64,000 nucleotides of DNA from Gammaproteobacteria bacterium. Lineage in GTDB: Bacteria > Pseudomonadota > Gammaproteobacteria > JABCZS01. The translations under genes were made by a program, and so were the position numbers. Positions 1 to 11,500 of this stretch are shown piece by piece (within the stretch, counting starts at the first letter, position 1; each line of letters begins with the position of its first letter). The stretch is from positions 36,552 to 100,551 of the forward strand of contig JAJFKJ010000030.1 of the NCBI GenBank assembly GCA_021773275.1. Reading direction: 5' to 3'. Below the pieces are notes generated by a model. It ran no database searches and had not been told where the DNA came from. It saw nothing but the letters and a program-made list of their open reading frames with translations.

Positions 1-716
1 GGGATATTTCTTATTTCAGTAAGCCTCGCAGGCGTGGCCTTGGCTTTTTTTCGTGAATCTACTTGATATGCAACTGCTATCGGCCCTGTTACTGGTGCAG
101 ATGCTACACCAATAGGTAATGCCACAGCCAACATAGGTGCACTAAGTAGAAAATGAAGGTTATTTTCGTTTAAATAGGATTCCTGCTCATCAGATTTTTC
201 ATTAATCAACGCAATGATTTCTTCCTCAGAAAGGTTTAGTGTATTTTTTCCAAGCGGCACTTTTTTATTATTAAATTCCATAATGAGTTTCCGGAAAAAT
301 TCATCTGAGCTGTAGAGATCGCATGACTGTCCTCTAGTATTAAGGTATATAGTTTGGCTGCAATAGAAGGAGTGGAAATTAGGGTGCATGTTTATTGCCC
401 TATAAGGAGCAATCGCTACAAGAATTTTGTTTTTATATAAAGCTAAAAAATCTTGGGTACCTACTTGTGAGAAATACACCCTGAATTCATCTACAAAATA
501 AGTATTATCATCTATTTTAAAGTCCATGACAGGAATATATTCGTCAAGTAAAAGCTGGTGTACTTCATCTATCGTCTGGCCATATGCCAGCGCATCCTGC
601 CCTTCGCGCAGCGTCTTAGTTTTCGATACTGTATTCATCGCAGACTCTCGGGGCGATGGTGTGGAGCAGCCAAGCAAGAGTACCAGGAGGAAAATTATTA
701 AAGCTCTGTGTAACAT
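1..716 (-). CDS. Putative lipoprotein, 3' end runs off the window
   Basis: Hand-translated open frame from ATG at 716 to the window edge (not in the ORF track): MLHRALIIFLLVLLLGCSTPSPRES..., a hydrophobic signal ending in lipobox LLGC. Confidence 0.7.
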   Translation of the reverse strand, partial: MLHRALIIFLLVLLLGCSTPSPRESAMNTVSKTKTLREGQDALAYGQTIDEVHQLLLDEYIPVMDFKIDDNTYFVDEFRVYFSQVGTQDFLALYKNKILVAIAPYRAINMHPNFHSFYCSQTIYLNTRGQSCDLYSSDEFFRKLIMEFNNKKVPLGKNTLNLSEEEIIALINEKSDEQESYLNENNLHFLLSAPMLAVALPIGVASAPVTGPIAVAYQVDSRKKAKATPARLTEIRNI

Positions 717-916
717 AATATGAACATCTCTTATGTAACTTAGCTTGTTAGCATACAGGAAAGGACTAGCCAGCGCAACCAAAACTAGTTGGCAAGCTTG
801 CAAATGCCCTCAAAGTCTATCACAGCCTCTTTGCGCAGTAAATATGGCAGGATTTTTGTGTGATAAAATGGTGCAAACCGGGATGATAGGTAACACTTTA
901 TGGAAGGGAATTACCT

Positions 917-1222
917 ATGGTTTGGGATAGTAAGAGCGAACAAGATGAGCGGCTTAGATTTATCGGCGAGTGGTTGAGGGATGATTATTGTTTCTCATGG
1001 TTTTGTGAGCGATACGGCGTAAGTCGCAAGACGGGTTATAAGTGGGTTAACCGTTATCAGGATGAAGGTATAGCTGGGCTTGAGTGCAGGAGTCATGCGC
1101 GCCTAGCGAATATGGCGGGGGTTTTAGCGCTTCAAAAAAATCAGCTTGGACTTGGGGCGGTCATCTTGCTGTTTGCAGGCGTTCCGGTAGCTTCATCTTT
1201 ATTTGCTTCTTGTAAAGACTGA
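917..1222 (+). pseudogene. IS481-family transposase N-terminal fragment
   Basis: MVW...ERLRFI...CERYGVSRKTGYKWVNRYQDEGIAGLECRSHA matches the IS481 N-terminal HTH; similarity ends after ~63 aa and there is no DDE domain. Confidence 0.75.
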
Positions 1223-3171
1223 ATTAAGCGAGTATACCTCTCATCAAGCTCTTGTGATTGATAGGCGTATGGGCCTAAGTTATTACTTGTGTTCTCTAGT
1301 TGCATTTTTACTTTTAGATTAGTCAACTTGTCGGCGATGAATGTTCTTCTTGCGCTGGAAGTTTTGGTTAAGGCGTCTAAAAAATCCGTGTCAAAACTGG
1401 GGTGTTCTAGAAATAAGGGTAGTATTTGTTTAAGATTTTCTTCGCTTTGGAGTATAGCCGTGTACACAAAGGCACAATTTCCAGATTTGTCTATTGTATT
1501 AATATCAACTTTTTTCTCTCTTATGAGCTTTATGATACAGCTGATCCGGTGAGGGTTATTATCAAGATTCTTGCACATTACTGAAAGTAGAGAAATTGCA
1601 CTATCGTCGTTGATATGATTCCAATCATACGGGAGCCCGTAATTAGGGGCCTCAGTAAGCGCAGCTAGTAGACCAGGGAAGTTTGAACCTTTGATTAGGG
1701 CTTTTAGGCCTTCTTCTGCAATGCTGAACCTCTTTTGTTCGTTATTTTGGCGAAGCATCGCTGAGGCTTTTTTATGTGTGATCGTAGATTTTTCTTGATT
1801 TATAGCCGTGCCGACACCATGCTGGTAACAGTGTGCAAGTGCAAACAATGCATCGATATTGCCATTGTCAGCGGATGTGCTATACCATTGAAAAGCTTTT
1901 TTGTGGTCGCGTTTTACGCCAATTGCATACTCATAACATCCTGCCACTTCTAGCTGAGACAGGCTTTTGGCGATACCAGGGGCGTTGGCCATGCTTAAGA
2001 GCCCCCTGAATCTGTTTGTAAAATATAAATCATCCTCATTAGGGGTATCGGGCGCCGCTGGTAGGCCTGCAGAAAAAAATACGGCAGCATCTTCGTCAAC
2101 GCTTATGTCATGGAGAGAAATCTGGCGGTTAATATTTCTGACTTGGTTTTTATCGATATCAGTGCCGATACCGTATCGAAAACAACGGCTAAGGGCATGC
2201 ATGGCCGCGTCTAAGCTGTCTCCCTCTATAGCTTTTCGGTAGTAGGCATATGCAGTCTTGCGGTCTATTTCAGTGCCAATACCGTACTCATAGCACTGGC
2301 CGACAAAATACAACGCAACGCGGGAGCCTTGCTTTGCTGCACAGTTATAGAACATAAAGGCACCTAAATCGGCTTTATCAGTACCAATGCCGTTTCTCAT
2401 GCAGCGGCCCCTGTGTTCAATACCAGCAGGGTAGTGTTGGTCGGCAGCTTTTTGGTAGTAATAATACGCTTTAACTTTATCCATTTTGGTACCAAAACCC
2501 GTTTCGCAACATACCCCGGCTTGTATGCAGGCTTCTGGGTCATTACCTATTTTTACAGCATCTGCATATAAATTAAAAATTCTTGTTGCTTCTGGTTTTG
2601 CTAGAGCGCGGTCTTCATCGCTACCGTGATAGTAAATATCACGAAGCGTGTTGGCGAGCTCAGTCATGGCTGGGTAGTAGCTTTTTGCAGCCAACACTTC
2701 TAGCATATTGGCGTAAAAATAACGATCAGGGTGTTGTAAAAAATCCATTTTAGCCAAGACCAATAAGGCAAGGCCTGATCCGGAAGCGGCAAGCATCTTT
2801 CTCAGCTTGGCCTCACTAACAGTCACTTTGATGTGATCTCTTTTGATTAGAAAGTGATGCACATAAAGGAAAATCTCGATATATCTAGATTTAATTGCAA
2901 TGTCAGTAGTTGTTCCCACTTTGTGGTGCAACGTCTTATAAACTTCATGGGCATGTTTCCCTGACAATATTCTGCTAAAAACCAAGCGTTCCATCACATC
3001 CAAAGCCTGCATGGGTTTTTTCTCTTGTTCGCAGGCATACATAAAATAGAAATAACTTCGCGGAAAAAACCTTATAGAATTACTGATTATTTTTTCTCGC
3101 ACATAATCATCGTCTGATCGCGAATAAATTTCCGCCATGGATTCAGTGATGGTTTTTTTTTTCAGAATCAC
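1141..3171 (-). CDS. SEL1-like repeat protein with C-terminal ankyrin-like segment; probably the 3' half of a frameshifted gene
   Basis: Repeated SEL1 motifs (ACIQAGVCCETGFGTKMDKVKAYYYYQKAA, ALYFVGQCYEYGIGT, ALFALAHCYQHGVGT); ankyrin-like VDINTIDKSGNCAF. Confidence 0.85.
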   Translation of the reverse strand: MILKKKTITESMAEIYSRSDDDYVREKIISNSIRFFPRSYFYFMYACEQEKKPMQALDVMERLVFSRILSGKHAHEVYKTLHHKVGTTTDIAIKSRYIEIFLYVHHFLIKRDHIKVTVSEAKLRKMLAASGSGLALLVLAKMDFLQHPDRYFYANMLEVLAAKSYYPAMTELANTLRDIYYHGSDEDRALAKPEATRIFNLYADAVKIGNDPEACIQAGVCCETGFGTKMDKVKAYYYYQKAADQHYPAGIEHRGRCMRNGIGTDKADLGAFMFYNCAAKQGSRVALYFVGQCYEYGIGTEIDRKTAYAYYRKAIEGDSLDAAMHALSRCFRYGIGTDIDKNQVRNINRQISLHDISVDEDAAVFFSAGLPAAPDTPNEDDLYFTNRFRGLLSMANAPGIAKSLSQLEVAGCYEYAIGVKRDHKKAFQWYSTSADNGNIDALFALAHCYQHGVGTAINQEKSTITHKKASAMLRQNNEQKRFSIAEEGLKALIKGSNFPGLLAALTEAPNYGLPYDWNHINDDSAISLLSVMCKNLDNNPHRISCIIKLIREKKVDINTIDKSGNCAFVYTAILQSEENLKQILPLFLEHPSFDTDFLDALTKTSSARRTFIADKLTNLKVKMQLENTSNNLGPYAYQSQELDERYTRLIQSLQEANKDEATGTPANSKMTAPSPS

Positions 3172-5458
3172 TAGAGTCCGTAATAATGTCGAAATAATCT
3201 TCTAGATCAAACCGTTTGGCCGAAAGGAATATTGTTACAGTATTATTTTTTTTCAATAATAGCGCAGATTTAAAAGCAAATATTTTCTGTTTTCTTAGTG
3301 GCCCGACAGCCACATCTGTGTGATTTATTAAGTAATCAACAATTTTTTGAGCTTTTCCTTGGGGTTTTTTAGATGTGTTTGTACAAGCGATACTCAAGGC
3401 CGTTTTTTTGTCAGGGGAAACATGGTTCCAGTCAATGTTTTTAATTTGGTTTCCGTCTGGGTCCATGGCTTTCCAAATCGCGGCAATATCGTTTGTTTTA
3501 TATATCGCGTTGTGAGTATCCGGTGTTAATACAGCATCTGCGTTTGTATTGCTAGGTGCCGCCACGCTCTTAGTAGGCACCTCCTCTGGGTTCCACAGCA
3601 AAAATTGGGTGCTGATCTGTAATTGACTCAAGCCACAATTGTCCTGCAAAACAGACGTCGCATGCTCAATATTGCCATTCCTATAAAGTTTTTCTGCGGC
3701 ATGCAGCCAGTCATCTACACTTGTTTCCTTTATTTGCGCAGGCTTGGCTTCTGTGCTCATGGCGCAAGCGCCTCGCAATAGTTTTACAAGATTTTTTGAT
3801 CTGTGGGTATTGTGGTGCCAGATATGAAGGTGTTCTCTTGCACGCGTTATGCCTACAAAGAGCTTGCTTAGCGGGGCGGCGAATTCCAGTCTTGTTTTGT
3901 TGGGGTCAATGTTGCCATTATCAGAAATAGCCTTGCTAATGTTCGCAAAACCATCTTGTTCTGTGATGCGGTATAGAATAACCCTTTTGAATTGTAGCCC
4001 TTTTATTTCTTCAGGCGTAAACACTTGTGAAAACTTTTTGGCTCTAAACCTGGCTTTGTTTTCTTCATCGGTAATGACGCAGCTATCGTGGTTTTTTCCA
4101 TAGGTTTGTGTAATTTTATCAATGCTGTTTTCGTCAACCTCTTGCCAAGTAATTTCACCGTAATTTCCTTCAGGAATCGTGGTTTTTGAGGTGCTTTTTT
4201 CTTTTTCTTGCGCGACTGACTTTCTGATGTTACTCACCGCCACAGCAAATTTCATAATATTGGGCGCGCAGCGGTAGCTGGTTTCCAGTGAAATATCTTG
4301 GCCATCTTTACCTAAAATCTTTTTTAGGTAAATCACTTTTGGCTTATTGTCGTGTAAGCTTTGCACAGAGTCTATAAAAAATATTACATCTCCATTGTCT
4401 GTGAGCCTATAGATTTCTAGCAATTGTTTGTGTGAAAAATCTTGTGCTTCATCTACTAAGATCCGCGCATATTTTTTGCCTTCATCGCCGTGCTCAATCG
4501 AGTGGAATTCTGCAAAACGTAAATTATTCTGATCACAGAATCGCATCCATTCCTGATAGGCGTCGTCAATCCAGGTTCGATCTTCACCATAAAAAGTTGT
4601 TTGTTTTTTGCCTGTTTCCGTCTCATCTAGATACGCTATTGGTGTGTATCCGGATCGTATTCGAAACTCTTGATAAACAGCCTCTTCATTAAATTTTTCC
4701 GGTGTTTTCTTTTTTTTCGCTAGATAATCTGAAAACCAAGTATTGAATGGCTCTCTGGCATGGCTGATAATCTGATTGTTGCCATTTCGCTTCTGAATTA
4801 GCTGATCATACGTAAGCAGTTCTATTTTTTCATTTTCACTATCAAACGCAGGGCTTTCTTGCCAAGATGTCCGCATGTTTGCAACAAGCGTAGATGACTG
4901 GGTGATATAGAGCACGTTTTCGTCGTTGTGCGCGCCTAGCTCCAAGTAGTGCTCGGCTAAACTGCTTTTCCCCGTGCCTGGCCCGCCTTGAACAACCATG
5001 CGGCTGCTCACTCTGCATTGCGTGTCATCTAATTGGAAAATCTCACCATCGAAAAGCTGCATGGGGGTAAAATCATATTTTTTCTTGTGACTTTTTTTTG
5101 ATGCGTTACCGACATTATCTTCATGCGCTGTTTTTAAGAGTTCAACTTCTTGGTTCAGTGCTTCTTTGTTGCTGCGTATAAAATTTTTAAAAAAACCTTT
5201 ATCTAAGAATGATGAATCATATTTGTGGTTTTTGTCGATGTCTAAAACCAAAATATGCTGCTCACCGCAATAGACGTAGTAGGCATAAATGATGCGCTGT
5301 TTGCCACCGACCCTGATGCTGTAAATGCGGTGATCAGTTTTAAGCTTTTCTGGTTTGGCCCCGGGTAGAAGCTCGCCACGCGCCAATGCTTCAATATACC
5401 CCTCATAGGCCTCTATATCAGCCTTGGGGATGGCATTAAGGTATAAAACAGCTGGCAT
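3143..5458 (-). CDS. UvrD/SF1-type helicase with N-terminal RelE-like domain and C-terminal ankyrin-like repeat
   Basis: Walker A QGGPGTGKS, Walker B ILVDEAQD, LETSYRC, TPEEIKGLQF, LFVGITRAREHL; N-terminal EKLK..IYSIRVGGKQRII..HKYD resembles the RelE fold; DKKTALSIAC..KIVDYLI is ankyrin-like. Confidence 0.85.
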   Translation of the reverse strand: MPAVLYLNAIPKADIEAYEGYIEALARGELLPGAKPEKLKTDHRIYSIRVGGKQRIIYAYYVYCGEQHILVLDIDKNHKYDSSFLDKGFFKNFIRSNKEALNQEVELLKTAHEDNVGNASKKSHKKKYDFTPMQLFDGEIFQLDDTQCRVSSRMVVQGGPGTGKSSLAEHYLELGAHNDENVLYITQSSTLVANMRTSWQESPAFDSENEKIELLTYDQLIQKRNGNNQIISHAREPFNTWFSDYLAKKKKTPEKFNEEAVYQEFRIRSGYTPIAYLDETETGKKQTTFYGEDRTWIDDAYQEWMRFCDQNNLRFAEFHSIEHGDEGKKYARILVDEAQDFSHKQLLEIYRLTDNGDVIFFIDSVQSLHDNKPKVIYLKKILGKDGQDISLETSYRCAPNIMKFAVAVSNIRKSVAQEKEKSTSKTTIPEGNYGEITWQEVDENSIDKITQTYGKNHDSCVITDEENKARFRAKKFSQVFTPEEIKGLQFKRVILYRITEQDGFANISKAISDNGNIDPNKTRLEFAAPLSKLFVGITRAREHLHIWHHNTHRSKNLVKLLRGACAMSTEAKPAQIKETSVDDWLHAAEKLYRNGNIEHATSVLQDNCGLSQLQISTQFLLWNPEEVPTKSVAAPSNTNADAVLTPDTHNAIYKTNDIAAIWKAMDPDGNQIKNIDWNHVSPDKKTALSIACTNTSKKPQGKAQKIVDYLINHTDVAVGPLRKQKIFAFKSALLLKKNNTVTIFLSAKRFDLEDYFDIITDSSDSEKKNHH
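3153..3162 (-). repeat. A10 homopolymer at the helicase/SEL1 frame junction
   Basis: 10 T on the + strand; removing one base joins the two ORFs in frame. Confidence 0.85.
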
Positions 5459-5525
5459 GTACCTCTCCGGCGCAAATAGTCAATCGGCTAGGTTACCAGG
5501 GCTACAGATAATGGTCAAGCGTGGT

Positions 5526-8500
5526 TTATGTTTGAAGCTCACGCTTCCCCAAAAGCTTTTTTGCGGATTGTGTCTCAGCAGGGTTGAGGGCGTATTTGAG
5601 GCATTTTGCCAAAATCGTTACATTGGGCTTTTGAAATATGCTTTCGTGGTCACCAGGGATCATGTAACGCTCTATAGGGTGTGGGCTGCGAGTCTCCCAA
5701 TGATTGTAAGCAGCTTCCATGGGTTCATATACTTCGACCGTTTCCATGGCTTTAAACAATGTAATCTTATTATTAATATAGGGTACTTTGTAGGCGGCAT
5801 TCATGCGAGAACGTATCCACTGCAATTGCAATAGTTCGTCAGCTTCGCTTATGCCTTGTTTTGCAAAGTCTTGCTTCATGTATTCAAATTGGCGATGCAT
5901 ATTGCGCTCGAAGCATTCTCTGTCTTTAAGCTTTTGCGGGAAGGGCACCCAGCCATCAAACAGGCCTATAAAATCAACCTGCTCGCCATGCGACATAAGT
6001 TGATGTGCCATAGCGATACTTGTTGTTGCGCCAGCGGAGGCGCCACCTAAATAGTACGGGCCAGTTGGTGCAACGGTTTTAATTAGTTTTACATAGGCAT
6101 CAGCCATTGCTTCGATTGTTTTAAAGTGAATGTCATGTGGTGCCTGCAAGCCGGGGTCTTGAATGGCATATAGCGGTCTGTCGTCATCAAAATGTTCGGC
6201 CAGGTTCATGAACCAAAAAACAGTTCCTCCTACCGGGTGAATTAAAAATAGTGGTGGCTTGCTGCCTGACTCTTTGAGACAGATCAGAGAGGTGCTTAAG
6301 GCATCTTGCTTTTTGGTGATTACCTTTTGTGATTTTTCAGTTAATAATGCTTCGATTTTTTTTGCTTGCATACCCAGTGTGGGGTGATCAAAAACAAACT
6401 TTAAGGGTAATTGCAAAGAGAACTCGTCATTTATATTACCCATTAATCTAAGCGATGAAAAAGAGCTGCCACCTAGGTCAAAAAAGTTGTCATTATAGTT
6501 AATGTCAAGTTGTTGCAGTATGTGTTGCCAAATGTCGAGCAGCTTTTCATTTTGGACCATGCTTGTAAGGTTGGCTTCTGCCTGGGCCTGCTGATATTGT
6601 GTGCTGGTTTCTGCATTATTTTCATGCTTAAGCTCAAGGCTAAGAACATTTTTATTTTGAGTAACAGCGGATTCAATCAAACTGATAATATTTTTACTTA
6701 ATAAGCTTATTGTCTCAACATTAAAAATGTTAGCGTTGAAACCTAGTATGTATTTTAAAGAGCTTTCGGGGTAAACGCTGAACGTTAAGGGATAGTGCGT
6801 CGCGTCTCTAATATCTGTTTTTTGTGAAAAACCTTCATCAATTGGGTAATTTTCAAAAGCAAAAACGGTGTCAAATAATGCTTCATTAATTTTCAAGCCA
6901 AGTGACTGCTTAATAAAATGCAAAGAGTTATGTTGTTGCAGTATTAAATTGGAAACTTCAGATTGAATTTGTTTGACCAAGCTTAAGAAGCTGTTGTCGC
7001 CAACATTATCAATAGAAAATGGCAACACATTCGACAGCATGCCTACAATTTTATTTGAGTGAGGGTAGTTTTCGGAGCGGCCCGAAAATGTGAGACCATA
7101 ACTGCAACTTTTTTGTTTTGTATGTTGAGATAAAAAAGTAGCCCATATAGCTTGGAAAAAGGAGCTTAAGGTTACGCGATTCTCTTTGCAAAAATCATGG
7201 ACTGCGCAATGCAGGTTTTCAGGCAGTGTTTGAATAATGCGTTTGGCATGTGTTTTATCTTGTTGCCCAGCATTATTGCGTGTGCCTGGGAAAGGATTTA
7301 GGTTTAGACCTTTCAGGCGATTTCTCCAAAAAACGACATCAGCTGGTTTTTGGCTGCTTCTGAGCCATGTGACATAGTCAAAAAAGCGTGGGGGTTTGCA
7401 GTCCGAAGTCGCAACACTGCCGTATTCATAAATATGCTGCAACTGTTGCAGTATATTGAATAAAGACCAGCCATCTAAAATGGTGTGCGAAAAGCTTATT
7501 ACCTCTTTGTAATGATCTTCGTCAAATTTGACAATATTGACTCTAAACAAGGGGGCTTGTTCGAAATCAAACAAGATGCTTTTGTCTTCGCCTAAAAATT
7601 TATCGAACAAAACTAATTTTTTCTGCTCGGAATACCCGTTAAAATCTTTTATATAAACGGGTGCCGAACAGGATTTTTCTACAAAGAATCGTGGAGTGGG
7701 GGCCTTAGCCAGCCCGATCCCTGCGCGTAATATTTCATGCAGATTGCTCAACTCTTGCCAAGCATGCTTTCTTTTTTCAAAGTCAAGCGGGGTGTCGTGG
7801 CTAATAATGCACTGAACGTTATAGATGTCTGAATTTTCATAAAGACTGTGATGTAAAATTCCGCGCTGAATATCAAGCATGGGCTCGGTCTGTGTTATCT
7901 CAGAGCTTGTTCTTGATAGGACGAGCAGGGAGAGCACTCCGTCGTAACAGAATTCTAAAAACTGCCCGATATTCAATGAGCTTGCAAGAGAAGGCGCACA
8001 GTTGATGGTTAATTCAAACTGCTTGTTTTTAACCCAGGCATTGATGTCGCCTAGGGCTAGCATGGGGTTTTCACGTGAGTTAATAAACGAAAGATCTGCG
8101 CATTTTAACAGTTCATTTTCTTTTAGCAAATTATCGAGATTTCCCCAGTAGTTGATGCTTAGCTCGGCCTCTTGAAGTTTATTTGCTTGTCTTGGGCTAT
8201 CTTTCGCAACAGCGATACATGCATCAATTTCACGGATAATTTTCAAGATTTCACTTGATTGCCAAGAAATATTGACCGGCAGGATATGGGTGAGCCAGCC
8301 AACGGTTCCGCTTACATCTAAAGTGGCTCCATGCGTTTCTCTGCCGTGTGTCTCAAGATTTAATGCAAATGTACTCTTCTTGGTGCAGGCATTAAAGGCG
8401 TAGGCTACTATAGCCAGCACGATAATATGTATCGGCACGTTACAGAAAGTTTTTACCTCAGATAAAAGTTGTTTGGTTTTTTCTTCATCGAGCTTGAAGC

Positions 8501-11500
8501 TCGCATGAAAAGGAGATGCAGATTTTGTGAGCTCTTCGGTGCAAGCTGAAAATGGCTTTTTGTAAGGCAGCAACAACTGCTGTTCGACCCAGGTTCGATA
8601 CGGTGTGACATAGCCTTGAGGCACTATAGATTTTTCATTCAGCAGATCAGACAGATCGTTAAGCAGTACATGCCAAGAAACAATGTCAACGAGCAGGTGA
8701 TGAATAACTATTAGCAAGTGATTGGCTTCGCTAGCCGCATCTTTAAGCAGAACAACGCCCATAAGAGGTCCGCTTTCCAGGTTAAATTGGTTTTGTATAG
8801 CATCAGGGTAGAAGCCTGCGAAATTGCTTGTCTCTTGGAAAATGCAAAAATCTTCTAGTTTTGCCCCGTCTGATGACGCGTAATGTTGTTTTATTGGGTG
8901 TGATTTTGCAAATCGTAGGCGCAAGCTATCGTGTCTTTGTATGAGGTTAAGCAGTGCGGCTACAAGTTTTCCTTTTGTTATAGATTTGCTGATATTCAAA
9001 GTGCAGGATTGGCTGAAATGAGTGGGCTTAGATAAAGGTAAGTTGAAAAACCACTGTTGCGTTGGCGCAAGCAGGAACGGCGCTTCATTAACCGGCGTTT
9101 CAGGGCCTGTGGATTTATTGCTTGCAAGTGCCTGTGTATTTAGGTGTTGCTCTAAGTCACGGAATCGTGGGTACTTAAAGATATCAGAAATTCTTAGCGG
9201 TATATCATTTTTTCTTGCTTCCGCAGCTAATTGCATGGCTGTGATTGAATCACCACCCAATTCAAAAAAATCATCGCTTGGCTTGATGCAAGAAATTCTC
9301 ATTAGTTTTTGGGCAATATGGTAAAGCGGTTTGTTTGCACAGTAGCCTGCATCCTGTAGGCTCGAGCTTGCGAGCTGGGTAAGCTTTGCCGTGTCAACCT
9401 TGCCATTTCCAGTCAGTGGGATGGTGTTAATTTGGATTAGCTTATTGGGAATCATGTACCACGGCAATTGATTTTCTAGCATTTTTTTAATAGTTTTATC
9501 ATCAATGTTGTCGGCTGCTTCTGCTGTGGTGCAATATGCAACAATGTCTTTCTCGCCGGATGACCCATCAACGTGGACCACGCATTGCTTGATGGTTGGC
9601 AACTGCATCATTACCTGTTCAATTTCGTTTAGTTCAATTCGGAAGCCATTTTTTTTAATTTGCTTATCAAGCCTGCCAATGTATGTGATATAGCCATCGG
9701 CGTCATAGTAGCTTAGGTCGCCGGTTTTGTAGGCCCGTACCGTGTTGCCAGATGGTGCTTTAAAAGAAATAAATTTCTCATCATTGAGAGTCGGGTTGTT
9801 CAAATAGCCAGCAGCCAAACCTTGGCCGCTTAGTAATAGCTCCCCCGGAAAATAGGGGGGTAATAACTCGTTATGTGAGTTTACCACGTAAGCTTGTGTG
9901 CGGTTTATCGGTTTACCGATAGGTACTTCGCACTGCTCAGATTGTGTTCGCGAGATTTGATGGCAAACTGAAAATGTTGTGTTTTCAGTGGGGCCATAAC
10001 CGTTGATGAGCTTTGTTGTATTATTATTCGTAGCATTTAGCATTGAATGGAGTTGCGCTATGTGGTGTGGGTTGAGGCGTTCGCCGCCTATGACGATCTG
10101 TTGCAATTTGCCTAGGCAGTCCGCGTAGTGTGCAGACATAATATTGAAAAGCGAGGCTGTCAAGAATACTAAGTTGATAGGTTCTTTCTTTATAAATTGG
10201 GCAAAGTCCTCAATATTAAAATGCTCGGGTGTTGGGTAGGCGTAAAGTGTACCTGCATTTAGTAGTGCGCCCCAAATTTCAAATGTGCTGGCATCAAAAG
10301 CGGGGTTGGCAAGGTGCGCTACATTGATGCCAGGATAAAAGTCTACGTAGTTGGTATCTTTAACGAGCCGCAAAACGGCCTGATGCGTAACTTTAATACC
10401 CTTGGGCTTTCCCGTGGTGCCCGAGCTGTACATTATATAGCAGCAACTGTTTGCCGTGATGTCACACTCAATTTCTTTTGCTGCAGTGTCAGCCAAGTCT
10501 GCTTTGATATCTGTAATCATTAAGGTATTGATACTTTGGTGCGCATGAGCTTTGCTATCTACGATTAATAGTCTTGCTTGCGCATCTTCCAGAATCATTT
10601 GCCTACGTTTGCTTGGGCTGTCGTACTCCAATGGCAAGTAACTAGCACCCACTTTTAATATTGCCAGCGTTGAAACAATCTCTGTTATGCCGCGTTTTAA
10701 CTGTAAGGCTACGATGTCATCCTGCGCGACACCTTTAGCCTGTAATTGATGCGCCAGCTGTGTTGATAGTGCATCTAGTGTTTGGTAGCTTATAGATTCT
10801 TGCTCATCCCGAACAGCTATTTGGTTTGGAGATTGCGTAAGACTTTCTTGAAAAGCTTCTATTACGTTTTCGTAAGGCAGGCTAGACGTTTTTGCATCGC
10901 TGTTTATAAGGTGCATATAGCCTCGCTCTTCTTGGCTTGGCATATAGGGTGCCTGTAGCACAGGGAGATTATTATCTTGGAGGCTTTGTGATAGTTGTTC
11001 AATATGTCGCGCGAATAAATCTAAGGTTTTTGCGCTTAGCGGAAAACCTTGGTTGATAATTTTAATATCATCACTATTAATAAACACTATTGCTAAATGT
11101 GGGTGTGCTTCTAAACAAAAACCTTTATTTTTACTAGCATCATAAAATATGAGCTCAAATTTGTTTTCTTTAATAGGGCGGGGCAGGGAGTTCAAGCAGG
11201 GGTAGCGTGTAAATATGTCAGAGGCGGGGTCATCTAGCGATGCTATTATCCCTGCTGTTTTTGTTATTTGAGAACACAAGTCTGGCAAGCTTGCATTTGT
11301 GAGTAAGTTAACGTTTAATGGGCGTATCTTTCCGTTTGTTGTGCTGTAAGCGATGGTCCAGCATTCATCTTCATTCATGCTTAGTTTTTTGAAGTAAGCG
11401 CAGGTCAAGGCAATTGCTTCAGTTTTATCAAGCGTAGAGAAAAACGGTGCTTCATTGCGCTCTGAACTTGTCGATGTGTCAGCGTGATAGGCAAGCCAAT

